Source: Cirrosporium novae-zelandiae (taxonomy: Eukaryota). From it: DNA of 64,000 bases. Numbering within the stretch: the first letter of the stretch is position 1; each line of letters begins with the position of its first letter. The stretch spans positions 124,001 to 188,000 of the forward strand of contig JAPETS010000016.1 of the NCBI GenBank assembly GCA_026023565.1, written 5' to 3'. This document shows, in pieces, positions 24,850-38,823 of the stretch. Made by a program: the position numbers and the translations under genes. Below the pieces are notes generated by a model that ran no database searches, had not been told where the DNA came from, and saw nothing but the letters and a program-made list of their open reading frames with translations.

Positions 24850-26769
24850 TTAGACTTCATCACCGTCCTCTAGCTCTAGTAGTATGGGCGCAGTAGGGGC
24901 AAATTTGCTCTTTTGACGAATCCTGGCGCCATAGATATAGAAGAGAGCTGGAATAGGAATAAGGGCGGCAGCAATGCAACCTAAAAGCGTTCCTGCCCAC
25001 TGAACGCCCAAGCTGTCGAACATGTACGTTGCAAATAGTGGAAATGCTGCACCACAGAGGGACCGGAGGAAGGTGTTAGCTGCAATTGCAGATGCAGCAC
25101 TACCATATGTTAGTAAAAAGATGTTTACCAGAGATTTATGATTACTTACAACATGAGATAAGCATCCACAAGGTAATTCAGCGCCTGCAAGAAAATGGCG
25201 AGTAATCCAAATCCAGAGAGTAGCCCAGAAAGGGTTGGGACAATCCAATGTATGCTAGCTTTGTAGCCTGACCAGCCGAACCAGAAAAGGCCTCCACAGA
25301 AAGCCACTCCGCCGATAATGACAGGAGGCAACCGCCATTCGGGAACAGTAACGTTGTTGTTTGCAGCTAATTTTCGAGCATAGCTTGGTTGAGTTAATAT
25401 GATATAGACCCCTGCCAATAACATGCCAAGGATCATGCCAAAGTATGGGAGGCCACCAACACCTGCACTCATTCCGTGGATTCGTTGAAAAACAATTGCA
25501 TATGCTGTAAGGAACAAATAAAGAAGTCCGTAGATAAAGGACATATATATAGTTAGTAGAAGAATAATTGGTTCTGTAAAAAGCATTCGGAGTGGACGCG
25601 TAAAGTTTTTCGTGACAAGCTCGCGGAAGTCAACTTCGATTTCCTCTTGTTTTGCGTGAATGCCCCAATTTTTTGTTCGGCGCCGTAATTCATCAGCTTT
25701 TGAGACTAAAATGATTGGTGCATAGGTTTCCTCAGCGAAGAAAAGACTTAATACCAGGGAAACAGCGCCCATAATGCCAGCAATATACTCAGTCCATCGC
25801 CACCCAAGGTCGCTCTCAGTAATAAAGCCCCCGATGAATGGAGCCATGAGTGGTCCACAAAACACTGTCATGGAGAATGCAGTAACGGCTAGACCTCTAG
25901 TACGATTGTCGAACATGTCAGAGAATACGGCCGCGACGACGGTCAGGGGACATGCGCCAAAGAGACCGCCGAAGAAACGACACAGCATAATTGTTTGCAG
26001 GTCCTTTGCCGTAGCCACTCCGAACTGAAATAACGTAAAACCGAGCATTGCTATTAGAGTGGGTAGACGACGCCCACGAAGCTCAGACAGAGGAGCCCAG
26101 AGGATAGGTCCGGTAGCGAATCCAAGAACATAAAGAGACACACCAAGGATTCCTACTTCAGTCGATACTCCGAAAGTCACGGCAACGGAGGTGGTAGCCG
26201 CGGAGAATATACTGCTCGTGAAAGCGGCTGTTAGAGACGTAAAACCCAATACAGCAGCGACTTGAAGCCTGGGTTACAATAAGTTAGTAAATGGGCACCA
26301 CATTAAAGCTCAATTGAAGCTTTGCGTACTTTTTCCAAAATGGCCAATTGAATGGGTGCAATGGGTCACCAGGCCCGTCAAATTCGACAACATATTCTTC
26401 CTTTGAAGGTAACGGCGGTGGATATGGCTTTCCAGCTCCAAAGTTCGGTAATGGCTTGGTGGAAACACGAGATCTTAAACTTCTTCCAACTGTTTCTGCT
26501 TGCTGACTCCGCTGGGTTGCAATTCTGCTTAAGGCGGTAGGATGTCTTTCAAGATCACCTTGGGTCTGTATGCGCGACATGCCGCCGATTGTCTCATTAG
26601 CCACGGAGACCGACGAAGAGCTCGCCGAGGAAGTCCAAGTGTTTGCAGTTGTTGTCCGGTCTAACTTCCCATCATTCCTGTTGGCCTCTTTTTCTTGTCC
26701 TTGGACTGGCTGGCTCCTGGGATCTGCATCGATTTCGGCTTTCTCCATATCACGATCGACGTTATCCAT
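24850..26769 (-). CDS. MFS drug:H+ antiporter, DHA1 family (3 exons)
   Basis: '[20 protein letters not shown]', '[11 protein letters not shown]', 'GWRWTEY', '[12 protein letters not shown]', 'PEWRLPP' and '[13 protein letters not shown]'. Confidence 0.92.
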
Positions 26770-28771
26770 GGTGGATGTACCGGGTACCGTAATAGCAATA
26801 CAATGGATTAAGAAAAATATTTACCAAAAGGAAATGAGGGGAACTTTGTACAACGAAGATGTTGGTGGCACCAGCAACGCTGTGGAGATATTTCACATTC
26901 ATTTTGGGCTGCAAAGGCAGGTCAACAACCAAGCTATGATCTCACTTATTCTTCCTTTGACCAACGGCGGTTAGAGATTTCTTCTTTGGTGCAACGCACC
27001 CGCATGGAACCTACAGTTGGCTACTCAAAACATGAATTCTGCTCCACTTCAAAACAGAAATACGATGGATATCCGGCAAGTCGGCACATCAGGGCTACCA
27101 GACCTGCCGGCTTTTTTTGTTTCCGGCCGAAAGGATTTGTAATTAATGTGTCAAACTTTGGACCTCCGACCCAATCACATCCAATGAACCACGATAAATT
27201 CTCAAGAATGGTATTAACATTAAATTATTGGTTTGATTATTGTTATATCAAAATCTTTGGTCGAAATATCAATAAATCGTCGCAATGTAGCTGGTTGAAG
27301 ATACATGACTAGTGATTAATTTTCAAAATGCAAAGTGGGTTTTGTTTCGGTTGTTGTTCGCTTAGAGCGGCCCGCTCTATAGTCACACAGTGAACAAGGG
27401 GAGGAAACCAAACCTCGGTGATGGCCCGAGGCCATCAAATTAAAAGGGGACCTCGGCATCTCTCTTCCTCCAGAGAAGATATATCTATCTCTAGCATTCA
27501 TTGCGTTCAACTCCTTTTGTTGCAGGCTACAAACAAACGAATCTTTATGCTATGGGACTCCATAGGTATAATCCTCTTTGATATATTTCGTGGTACTTTA
27601 TGTCCTGGTATTTCCTTCCCCTATTTAGCCTGGTCAATGTCATGTCCTCTCCCCAACATCTTTCTACTTTGTCCATGTTCTTATACATGGTTTCAGCAAT
27701 TGACATGACTAAATTCATCGTGCTGCTCGCTGGACATAGATCACGCAAATCTCGATATATCTATACTTCGTCGTCGGAAACTGTTCGGTCTAATGTTGCT
27801 TGTAAGCGATCTCATATATTAGGGCATGGCCCACAATACTCCTATCTAGATAAGCGGTGTTGAGCGTAATCGAACTACTTAAGCGGTCGATTATCGTGGT
27901 CTTTTTGACTCAGCGCAGTTCGCTCGGCCTAACACAACACCCTGCCTTAACATGATAGCCATCTAACAAGGAATGGAAAAATCGTGAGTTGCCAATGTCC
28001 CAACTTTGATGTTCTCCCTTGACCCATTTCACAGGGGGCGATGACGCTTATTAACGTGAGTTCTAGGAGCTCTACCTCTTTCAAAGTTGGTATCTGCGTG
28101 GATATCGAACCAATTCAAGATGTAAACTTGCAATTCAACAAAGTGGCGATACGCTCGAGGCGATGTCTACTCCCTATCCAGATACTAAGATAACCTCGCA
28201 ATACGAATACTACATTTTCAATGTGGTAATTATATGAGCAGCCCGTGTTAAGTTAAACTAGCCTTGATATCCAAAAGATGCAAGTTCCGCAAGCCCTCGA
28301 TGTCACTTCTCTTAGAATGGATAATAATCTCTACCTAAATCCACATTCATTGAAAGAGAATTAGCAACCGCAATTGAGGCCAAAGGATAGTTCTAACTTT
28401 GAACTTCGGCCTCTATGTGGCCACGCCGTATCCCCAACCTACATGGAGATCACTCGTATTCAACCCATCGTATCTACAATTGTTTAACGGACCTACCATG
28501 ATCACCACGGCTAGACAAAAACTTAATTAAGCAGTTCAAAACCGATGCAGCAGCAAAAGTTGTAGTTAGAATTTATCACACTGTTCCCTTGATATTTGGG
28601 AAATCAATGTAGAAATAGTGGACAGACTTATGCTCAAGTGGCGGTGATATAGTTTGCCGATGAGGAAGCAATCCTATCAAGGACACCGCCACATGGAGCG
28701 AAAATGCTTGTTGGCCGAACTAGGGATCCGATGGCTTTCTAACGTGGCTGAACTTGAGCATGACCGTTTCT

Positions 28772-28849
28772 CCGTGATGATTATGATGATGATGTTGATG
28801 ATGCAGATGATGCAGATGATGCAGATGATGCTGATGATGCTGATGATGG
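28772..28849. repeat. (GAT)n / (GATGCAGAT)n microsatellite
   Basis: Directly visible tandem gatgat/gcagatgat/gctgatgat units. Confidence 0.85.
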
Positions 28850-30186
28850 TACACATGGTTTAAATGACAATTACAGTATAGTATACGTGTATGCCGATTT
28901 GCACATAGCCGATATAATGCATTGGTAGGCGATTGTATTCTGTTTAATTACAGTCTAGAGGCGTCGGGTTAACCTCGTATTAAATCCGATGGCTAGAAGG
29001 TTCAGAGGGAAAAACGTGTTGAGAATGATTTCCATCCTTGTTTTTTTTTATTTTTTATCTGATACACGATAAGCCCCTGGGAACCATTACAAGCTAAAGT
29101 CAGGAACAGGAAAGGTACGGTTTATTTAGTTTATTTAGTTTCAAGGGTTTTATATCAGCTAAACCTATTTCAGTACTAATCTCAATAATCTCAGCAATCA
29201 TCTGAACCCAATTCCCCATCCAACGAAGAACAGTCATTAGTGAACTATTACTGGAAACTATGGAGAGACAACCGGAGAGACAACAGAAGCAGGTTTAGAA
29301 GTTTCGAAACACAACTACTCAACGAATAAAGGCTTGATAAATTACCTTGGTGGTTAAATAGAAGGCATTGTTCACAGGACTGAATGATTATATGAATATC
29401 TAATCTATTAATTAGTTAATTAATAGAGAAAAAGTGTCCAAGCCAATTGAATTAATAGTGAAATTGAAGGGGATCCGCAGGCCGACAGGCGGATTTTGAG
29501 TCCGTCACCCCCCCCCCAATCCCTCCGTCCATTACAATCCCAATCCACTAAAGCCGCTGTCTCAAAACCCCTTTAACAACACCCAACCAGTCCATCCATC
29601 GTAAGCGATCAGCCACAATTTGCTTTGGTTATTCAAGGCGGCATTTCCCACTTTAGCAATACCCCCCTCCCACTACCCCCCCAATCTCGATCTTCCAATC
29701 CTCGTTTCGTTTCTCTTCACTCGTCTTCATCTTCATCTTCATCCTCCTCCTCCTCTTTCAACAACCTTTCAACTTCCCACCCACTTATTCTCTGTAATTA
29801 TTCGGTCTTTACCCCTCCAGGTTGTTCACTATAAACCAAATATTCAACCTTTTTGTCCTTCTTTCTTCCCGCCTTTGCCATTCGTTATTCCTCCCCCCTA
29901 AGGCCCTAAACTTACCATAGTCGCTCATTCTGAGAATAAACACCTCACCCACCCCCTGGTATTCTGACTTGTTCGATATTTCAGATACGATCTCCAGGAC
30001 GAACGACGATAATTCGACAGATGTCTTTAATGATATTCTCATGACCTTCAGTTCTTAAAACGTTTTGAATATCTTCGAGCTTTGTCGATAAACCACATGC
30101 CAAGGACAACTTGATAATTGACCCTTATATTTCCTTAATTGACCCTTACCCACCCGGTGTGCGATAACTCGTGTGCGAAAGGGAGG

Positions 30187-32408
30187 ATGATTCCAGAAGA
30201 ATTATACCACGCGATTCGTAATGTCGTGGAACGTTCCCCCGATGCATCCCCTCTCGCTGAGCCTATTCCGATCGAACCATTGAATAATGGCACACCAACC
30301 ATTGTGGATGAGGCAATGCTCCTTGAGAGAGGTAGCTCCTCTACTTCAAGTGCCTCGGCTACGAGTACGTGTGGTGATAGTAACACTGGCGTTTGCGAAA
30401 AACCCGCCGATGCCAACAGTGAAACTTTGCCAATTGTTCTCGGCGCAGCGTATGCATTACCAATCTTTCTCGAGGTAATTCGCTGATGACATTGATAGGA
30501 TTCCGTTATTTTTTGCCTTGGTAGTCTTAGTTTTCCTCCATAGACGACATGTTAAGAAGCTCAAGCTCGAAGACTTAAATGATAAACATAAGTCGCTAGA
30601 TTTTGGAATGGACGATATACCTGGTGCTGCGAGAAAGGAGAAAAAAACTAATGGCAAGGGTATGCCAGAAATGACCATCACAGACACCGAGAAAGAGATC
30701 GAGCGCAGTGCCAAGGGGATGTCAATGGATATGGGAAACCCTTATCTTCTACCACCGGAAGTGCAAAACTCGCGAGAGTCAATCCACTCCCTCTCTCGAG
30801 GGTTAGATTCTACTGTCGATGATCCATATCGTCCGGTTGCCTCGATTTATCCCAATGATGGTTCTTCTGTCTTTTCTGGTGGTTCAAGGAAATATGGTGG
30901 GGACGATGCGTCCAGCTATGCTGATTCAATTCAACGAGGATCTTTCCAACAAGATGACATGCGTCAACGTTTACTTAAGAATGCCCAAAGAATGTCTCAA
31001 TCCCTTCCGCCATCGTCGAGGACGTCAATGGCATCTAACGCGAATCCCGGTATGCCACAGCTTCCTGAACATGCCTTTAATCCTGTATCTAGCCCCAGGA
31101 CTGCTACTACTCCTTCAAGGAACTCGCCAGCTATAAGTCCCGTTGAACATTCTCCTGCTCCCTTGATATCTCTCAACAACAGCCCCATAGAGCCATCGAA
31201 TCCCCAACAAGCTCACGCCATGCAGAAGCCGCCTCCGCGTAAGGATAGCGCGCCTGCCACAAGACCACCTAAACTAGATTTGAGCGCTGCCATCCCTTCT
31301 CACATTCAGGCCGAAGCTGTTGATCCACGGGATAGCCAAAGTGACTATGGCGACGGTTTCAAGGTCACGCCCCCTTCTCCTACCAATAAGGGTGTTTCTG
31401 GAGCTCCCCAGCCATCCGAGGGTGATCATCCAGCAGGCTTGAACGCTGATGCACCAGTTCCAAATATGCAACGGCGGTCAATGGGCTTCAGACCCTTGCC
31501 ACCCGAGGATCCTGCTGACAACCCGGAACAACGTGCAAATCGTATTCGCTCTTTCTACAAGGAGTATTTTGATGACTCGAAACCAGGTCCTGTTGCTGCT
31601 CCAGAGACCGTTGAGGAAGAAGATGACTATGATCCCGGTTTAGAGTATCTTACTGAGGGTGCCATGTTCGATCCGGTCAGCGGACAGTTTATTGTTGCCC
31701 AAGCTCCTTACGCAGAACCCATTACTCGTCGTGCCATGACTCCTCCACCTAGAGCTCCCCCACGGTTCCAAGGTCCCGGCATGCGTGGACCTCCTAGACA
31801 TCAAGCTACTATGTCAGGTAGTGGTCCCAGAGGCGCAGGTCCCCGTGCATTCTCTTCAGTGTCCAGTCGCCCAATGCCCAAGAAGAAGTTGCCTCCTCCA
31901 GCTCCCCTCCACACGCTTCCTACTCCAGCACAGCTTAAGGATGATTCTTTCCTGCCCCTGGACATTGCTCCCCCCCCTAGCTGGCATGACAGGATAGAGG
32001 GTAGACCTGCAAGTCCAATGGGCAGGTCTGTACCTGTTAAATATCAACCACCACCTGTCCCAGGAGCCACTCCACTTGCCTCCGCCTTCGAAGAACTCGC
32101 CGCCATGCCCAGCCCGTAAGTACCCCAGATCAGCATTAAAAGTTCACCAAACTAATAGTACTATTAGATATGCTCTTAGAAAATCAGGAACGTTTACGGG
32201 TCTGGATTTCGCCCCACCGCCTCGGTTTAAGAATTCAGATACTGCTAGTGATGCTGGCAGTATCCGTAGCAACCGGTCCGGTATATCAACTACCCAACAA
32301 CAAGCCATTCGTGCTGGTGCCTATCGTGTCAGCCGTATCCCCAAGGAGGTGGCAGGCACCAAGGTTGAGCTTGCTACCAGTCTTAAACCCAAATGGGATA
32401 TACGGTAA
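30187..32408 (+). CDS. Single-pass membrane protein, Skg6/Tos2-like (introns 30450-30498, 32116-32167)
   Basis: Short ectodomain with a Cys pair (TCGDSNTGVCEKP); TM 'TLPIVLGAAIPLFFALVVLVFLHRR'; cytosolic 'DKHKSLDFG', 'NPYLLPP' and 'ANRIRSFYKEYFD'. Family assignment is from recalled motifs. Confidence 0.75.
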
Positions 32409-34460
32409 TCTGGATGATGTATCAAAGAATTTTTTTGCATTGCGGGTCTGTGTTTAGGAGAATTTTCTGTACTACTTTTTGGCAAAAAGGTCTTTAATTG
32501 ATTTTTCATTTGAAGACTGGACAGCTGTCCCTCTTTGGAATTAATTGCAATAGGTTTCGTCGAGAAGCTATGCAAAGACACTCCGATCCGCTATGTATAT
32601 TTCTCTCCGTTGTCCTATTCGGGATAATGTATCATAGGGTTATTCTCAGAACATTGAGCGGCGTTTTCTTTTTTGGGCATTCGGGAGATAGATAAGCTCA
32701 TTCGGAACCAGCCTTCTGCTTGTGGTGGTATTTTTCCTTCAAAGGCGTGCTATGGACATGAGCTTCTCTAGTACCAGTCCTCTTCGAATGCGGTGGAGTA
32801 ATCCCAGATACCGGATCTAAAATCAAATTTATATTATTTCACTACGAAAAGATGCTGGGGGTGTTTGGAACGGCGTGATCGTTTGGTGTCATGTTCATAT
32901 GATTGGTGGCAGGGGTTCCTTTCCTTTTGGGGTTCAGGCAATCCAAAATATCCAAAAATGTCCAGACGCCAAATCATTTTGTCTCCGGGCGAATGAAAGT
33001 TGAAAATACAATGTAGTTAACCGACCAATGTACTGTGTACCACTGTACCAGAAGGATTAGCTCTGCAGATATGTATTCCCCTCTCGTGACGTGTTTTGAT
33101 TGGCAAGCTTTTTCTTTCTTTGTTCCATGGCCAATGGAATTCATTATTGAGCAAGACACAACCTCTGTGACCAGGGCTTCGGGAGATTTTGGTAATTTGC
33201 AGCGGGCCGTCTGTTTAATAAGTTATAATTGTTATGAATGTACCAATCTGAATCGGACAATTCCACAGGTTGCTGCTGGCAGGATTGACAGGACAGACAG
33301 CAGCACGGCCCAGGCAAAGCCAATTGCCTGCAGTGTTTATTACGGTAAGGTACTTGTATTGGATTGGTTAGTAGCACTCTATTCCTTGGTAGTTTACCTA
33401 TTAATGGGCCTTCGTATTCGTAACGTTACGTTAACTCCTAAAAGGTGTTGCACCGCCCTGGCCCCAGAAGTAGAAGTGAGAAATCTAAACCATGGCTGGA
33501 TTGGGCAGAGAGTCGGGGCCTTTAGAGGGGTCTACCTGTCACTAAGAGCTGTTAGTCTTTCCCATCTAATCGATAATACGTGGATTTGGTTGTTGGTTGG
33601 CATGGTTGGCTTAATCAAACTTTGGAAAGATTGACGCAAGTCTTGGTAATTTCTTGTTATTTCTTGTTATTTCTTGTTATTTCTGTCAATTCTGTTATTT
33701 TCCTGTAATCTTGTTGTAATTCCCGGAAATTCAAACAACCGAGGGTAACTCTGGGTAAAGTCACCCCCCCCCCCAAACCCCCAAACGCCAAACCCACTCG
33801 ACGCCGCAATTTCACTTTCCTTCTTTCTCATCTCCTCCCACACTTCTGTGTGTGTGTAGCTCTTTGACCTCACCGGATATTCCTTCAAACTTCAGCCTTG
33901 TCAGCTTGTCAGCTTGTGGCCACCGTCCCCAGTGACTTGTTGGCCCTATTGATATCCACAGTCACTCTTTCATTTTTCATTTTACATCTACAATCACACT
34001 TTAATTCCCCCTCCTCCGTCAAATTATTCTATCCATCCTGTCTTATTGGTGTGTGTCCCAAGGTCATCTTAGGGGTCCTCAAATCCAGGAACAGAATCTT
34101 TTTTGTACGACAACGCTGAGACACGCTTGAATTGGAACCACCTTACCTGCATTGTACAATCAACATCCGTTCATCCACCCACCGTATCGTACATTTCAAT
34201 CGGATTTCACCCTACAGAGGAATCTGAGAATATTTCTCCAGCTCCATCCAACATACATCACTCCCGCATCTGAGCATTACCGTTACATCCGCCTCATCTA
34301 GACGACAACGTTGCTTTGCTTACTTTTGCGAACAACCTCGTCTCTCTTGCCACTGGCTCTGCTGATGCTCTCCTACTAAAGCCTCTTCTGCCGATAGAGG
34401 CTCACGTCTTTCTAATCAATATCCTTCATTTTATTGTGTTTTCTTATTCGCTCCAAAATC

Positions 34461-35766
34461 ATGTCTAATAATTCAACGGGTAAGAAATCAAATACAAAAA
34501 CTCGGTTCTAGCTTAAACTAACATCTTGAACCCACAGATACATCCGTCGCGGAGACTTCGACACCTTTAACCTCCACCATCTTAACCTCCCTCACCAGTG
34601 AAGCCGCCACCTCTACTCCTGAAACCTCTGCGACGCCCAATACTCCTACTACCACTAACAAGGCAACAACACCAACCACCACAGCTGCTCAGGCGACAAC
34701 TCCAGCGACAACCGCCGCCACCACCCCTACTACCACTGCCCAAGGTACTACAACACTGATTACATCCGTTATTACTCAAACACCGTCGAGTGGGGGCCCG
34801 GCTCAAGCAACGACTATAGTCATTACTTCGACTGCAGAAGGGTCTGCTGAAGCTACTTCTGAAGTCGTAACAATCACATCTTCCTCAGATGCGTCATCTT
34901 CTACCTCATCGAACCCAGCTGCGCTCGCAACAAGTGGAGCTGACCAGTCGAGTGGATCCGGTGGTCTTTCGAATAGTGGTAAAATTGCTATCGCAGTAGT
35001 CGTCCCCGTCGTTGTGGTTGCTCTTCTCGTTCTTCTCGGTCTTTTCTTATGGCGAAAACGCAAGCAACGCAAGGATGCCGAGGAACTTCGTCGCAAAGAG
35101 ATGGAGGAATATGGCTTCAATCCGAACCAAGATCCAACTCTCCCGGCTGTCGGCAGCGACTACCCAGATGAGCCGTCGGAAATCCATGAGGATAATTCGG
35201 GCTACCGTGGTTGGGGAAATACGTCCAGCGGACGAAAGCAGTCCACCCAGCTTTCTAGCGGTTTGGGTGGCATTGGTATGGCTTTTTCAGACGGTGGTAG
35301 CAACCCAGATGCATATGGCCATCCGGTCTCTCCTACACAAGGTACGAATCCATCCTCTGAGACCAACTCCGGCGAAGCATTAATGGGAAATCGCCGGCCT
35401 CAATCAGGCGACACCGATGGCGTTGGTGCATTAGGAAACGGTTCTGGACCTGGACCAGTAGTCATGAGTGGCGCCGGGAACAACGAAAAGGATATCCATC
35501 GCGGACCATCGAATGCTTCTTCCGCCTATTCAGCCGGCCATCGATCTGACTCGTCGGGTGAGGCACCAATACCTGTGGGCAGCTTAGGGCCAGACGGCGG
35601 GTACTATAATGATGCAATGCCACAACACGGGCCTTACGGCGATGGAACATATGGAGGTTCAGGGCAGCCGATTGTGAGAGACGTACAAGCGAGAAGAAAC
35701 ACGAGGATCGAGAGCCCCTCGATATTCCCCCAACAAGGAAATGCAGGAATCGCACAGAATTTTTAA
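34461..35766 (+). CDS. Ser/Thr-rich single-pass membrane protein, Mid2-like architecture (intron 34480-34537)
   Basis: 19-nt first exon; spliced frame gives a Thr/Ser-rich ectodomain, TM 'IAIAVVVPVVVVALLVLLGLFLW', basic stop-transfer and tail ending 'GIAQNF'. Confidence 0.8.
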
Positions 35767-38545
35767 CATCCTTACTGATAGCTATCAATGCGAAACATAG
35801 GCGACAGTTGCTTGTCGGCCTACCTGCAAAAAGATCCCCTTGGTACTATGGACCACTTCGCTTCCTATTTTGAGATATAGTGATGGTATTATGGCGTGAT
35901 GCATGGAATCTTCTTTTGATATATTTTCGATACCTCAAGGAAATGAATTCGAGCTTCTGACAGACTTTCACACACGGGCAAGTCTGGTTTGCATGACATG
36001 TTGTGTGTTGTGTTAATTTTTTTTGGTTTCAGTGGCTGGGCTCACCCTTGCCATTGTTGCCTTGCATCTTTCTTCCTATTCTTTGATTTATTTTTTTACT
36101 CCTATAACCTGCCTAGGAGTTGGCGAACGAATTTCCTTGTGCTTTTTGATTCTTAATTATGCGGTTTGGTGGCCAACCTCGATGAAGGCGAGCCCTAGCC
36201 CAATGTATACCCCACCCACGTTCGTTCGGTCTTGTGTTTAAAAGGCAGATTATGGTTCTGCCAGATACTGCATGCGTGCGAAAAAGTTCGATTTTTTGGA
36301 TGAAGGATTTTGAGCTTGTTTTCTTGATGGATGTGTTTGAAGGGATGCGGAGAGGGATAAAGCTTATGGATGTGTATCAGTTGTTTGATTCATTCGCTAT
36401 AGATTACTGAAAGGGTGGTGGAGAGGGAGTCGGTCGTTTATATGTTGTGTTAGTACGGCAGAGGGGGACGAGCTGCTGGGACAGACAACAAGGTGGGCGG
36501 ACGTTGGTGGCATTGTGCGTAGGTGTAGTAATGTTACTACAAACTTGATGTTTGATCTACAGTTATATTTATCTTATACTGATATCTGCAGAGAAGAACA
36601 ACAATGTGAATATATTTGCTGAGATGTCATCTATCCCATTATTTTTTTGTTGCCATTATATTTTCTATTTCTATTGAGTTATATCATGAACGAATAAGTG
36701 AAATAGAGAGGGGGAGAAAGGGAAGAATGCGTGAGCAAGATGGTTGACTAACTAATTAGCTACTACACTCCCTGATGGCCGATATATATCTCACTCTAGG
36801 AGGGAGAGGTAAATACATACATTCTACTCTGCAACAGCAGACAGACCCTACAACCTTTAAGCCAGTTTACAGAGTCATGGACAGGCCTAACAGAATAAGT
36901 ATCCCTATTCTATTCTATTTTTCTTCATTCAATCCGAGATCTAATCGATGCAGGCTACTGTATTAACTAATTACCGTAAGCATACAAGTAGGAAAAACAA
37001 AAGCGGAGAGATGACGAACTAATATCCATATAGATATGTCATGTCTGAATAAAAAGGAGTTGATAGCGGTCAGCCCAACCCACTATTTACTAAGGTACAG
37101 CACAGTACCTGGGGAGGTAGTTAGCCTTTTTTCCCCACACTATTCTACACCAAAAAGCATCCCACAACTACTAGCCACAAACCCTCAATCCTCTCTACTC
37201 TCTTACCATGCCAGCACATCCATAAAACTCTATCGGTGACCGCCTATCCTAGGCCTAGACATAGACCCTAGACCCATCCATTATTCATGTCATGCCTTTA
37301 TTTTTATTTGTTTCTCATGACGCCCAAACCAACCCAATTGCTAGCATTGGGCCTCTACTCGAGTATGTGCCAACAAAGTCATTGGCTAAATAGCTGCTCT
37401 GGATGGGGAATTTCACAATTTTACCTGAATCATCGCAGGAAAGGCGAGAGCGAACAACAAACTAAACAGGCCTTGCTTACATGCATGTTAGGCCACCGGT
37501 ACAGGTGAGAATGAGAATAGGAATAAGAGCGAGCGCCATGATTATTATGCAGGCTTATTATTTCTAGATCCCTGGTGACCTACCTACCTACCTACCTACC
37601 TACTCACACTACCCTCAACTCTCAACTCTCAATCTGATATCTATACTTCAAACCCCCACTTGTTATTGTTATCTCGACTTAACCACGGCCTTTAACTCAC
37701 CCCAACAACTCCAACAGCAACTACTCTCATTAGAATATAACTATTTAATTTTAACATTTCTATTTTATTTTTGGATATCTTTAAGCTGTCTTTAAGCTAG
37801 TTTAATTATTTAATTTTATTGTATCTGACTCTCTCGGTTTATTTTTTAGATTGTGTTTTTTTTTGTGAGGAGGGAGGGCAAGGGTAGGGGGTCTCTTTCT
37901 TTGGTTTTGGACCTTGGTCATTGTTGTTTCTCTTCTCCCCTTCCCCTCCCCTCCTCAAAGCCCTACCCCTTACTACACTACCATAGCTAGGCCGAATATT
38001 AGAAGTCTAGCCCCCCCCCCCCCCAGCCTCACCCTCACCTATCTGTCAGAAGGGCAAGCAAACCAAACACTCTTACCTAACTACCTAACTAAGTAAGCCA
38101 AAAGGGACGTGGGATCCTCGGTGTTGGGATTATATATCACCTGGCCGCGCCGTAACATCATGTCCCCCCCTTGGATGGATTTGGTGGCAATGATAATAAT
38201 GACAAAAGATTTGGATTTGATTGACTGATTTATTCATTCATTTATTTATTAAAAAAAACCGAACCTGACAACCCCCCTCCGAGTCATTTTCTTGACATGG
38301 CTTGATTTGAACTTGCCTGCTTGAGAGGAAAGTAGATATCTCATCTTACTTATATCCCCCCCCCCCCTCATCATCATCATATCATTCATCATCTATTATT
38401 ATTATTATTATTATTAAAGAAACCACTCTTCAAGAATCCTTCATCCTTCTCGACATTTTTCTCGATAGACGGATATTCCTGAAACTCATACACATACATA
38501 TATATTTATTATTATTGAGGATGTATCCGGATTAGCTGTACTGCT

Positions 38546-38634
38546 GTATGTATGTATGTATGTATGTATGTATGTATGTATGTATGTATGTATGTATGTA
38601 TGTATGTATGTATGTATGTATGTATGTATGTATG
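38546..38634. repeat. (GTAT)n microsatellite, about 22 perfect copies
   Basis: Directly visible. Confidence 0.97.
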
Positions 38635-38823
38635 GAATTTTCTTTTGTTTGTTTGTTTTGTGTAGAGAGGAGTAATTCCACTTATTATTTAAAGGCTTAT
38701 CGGACGTATTAGGGATTAGGTAGAATCATGAAAAATGGTTAAATGGTATCAATTAAGTTTGCTCCTCCCTCCCACCCCCCCGTTTTTTTTTTCACTTATT
38801 TTTGCTGGCGTACTTTCTTCTTC

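Noticed and set aside
22516..26769. Two adjacent MFS transporters as a secondary-metabolite cluster
   Set aside because: There is no backbone enzyme (PKS, NRPS, terpene synthase) or cluster regulator in the window.
28654..28863. Poly-Met ORF
   Set aside because: It is a translation of a (GAT)n microsatellite.
33035..33634. 199-aa intergenic ORF
   Set aside because: It has a non-ATG start, no recognisable motifs, and a composition unlike neighbouring genes.
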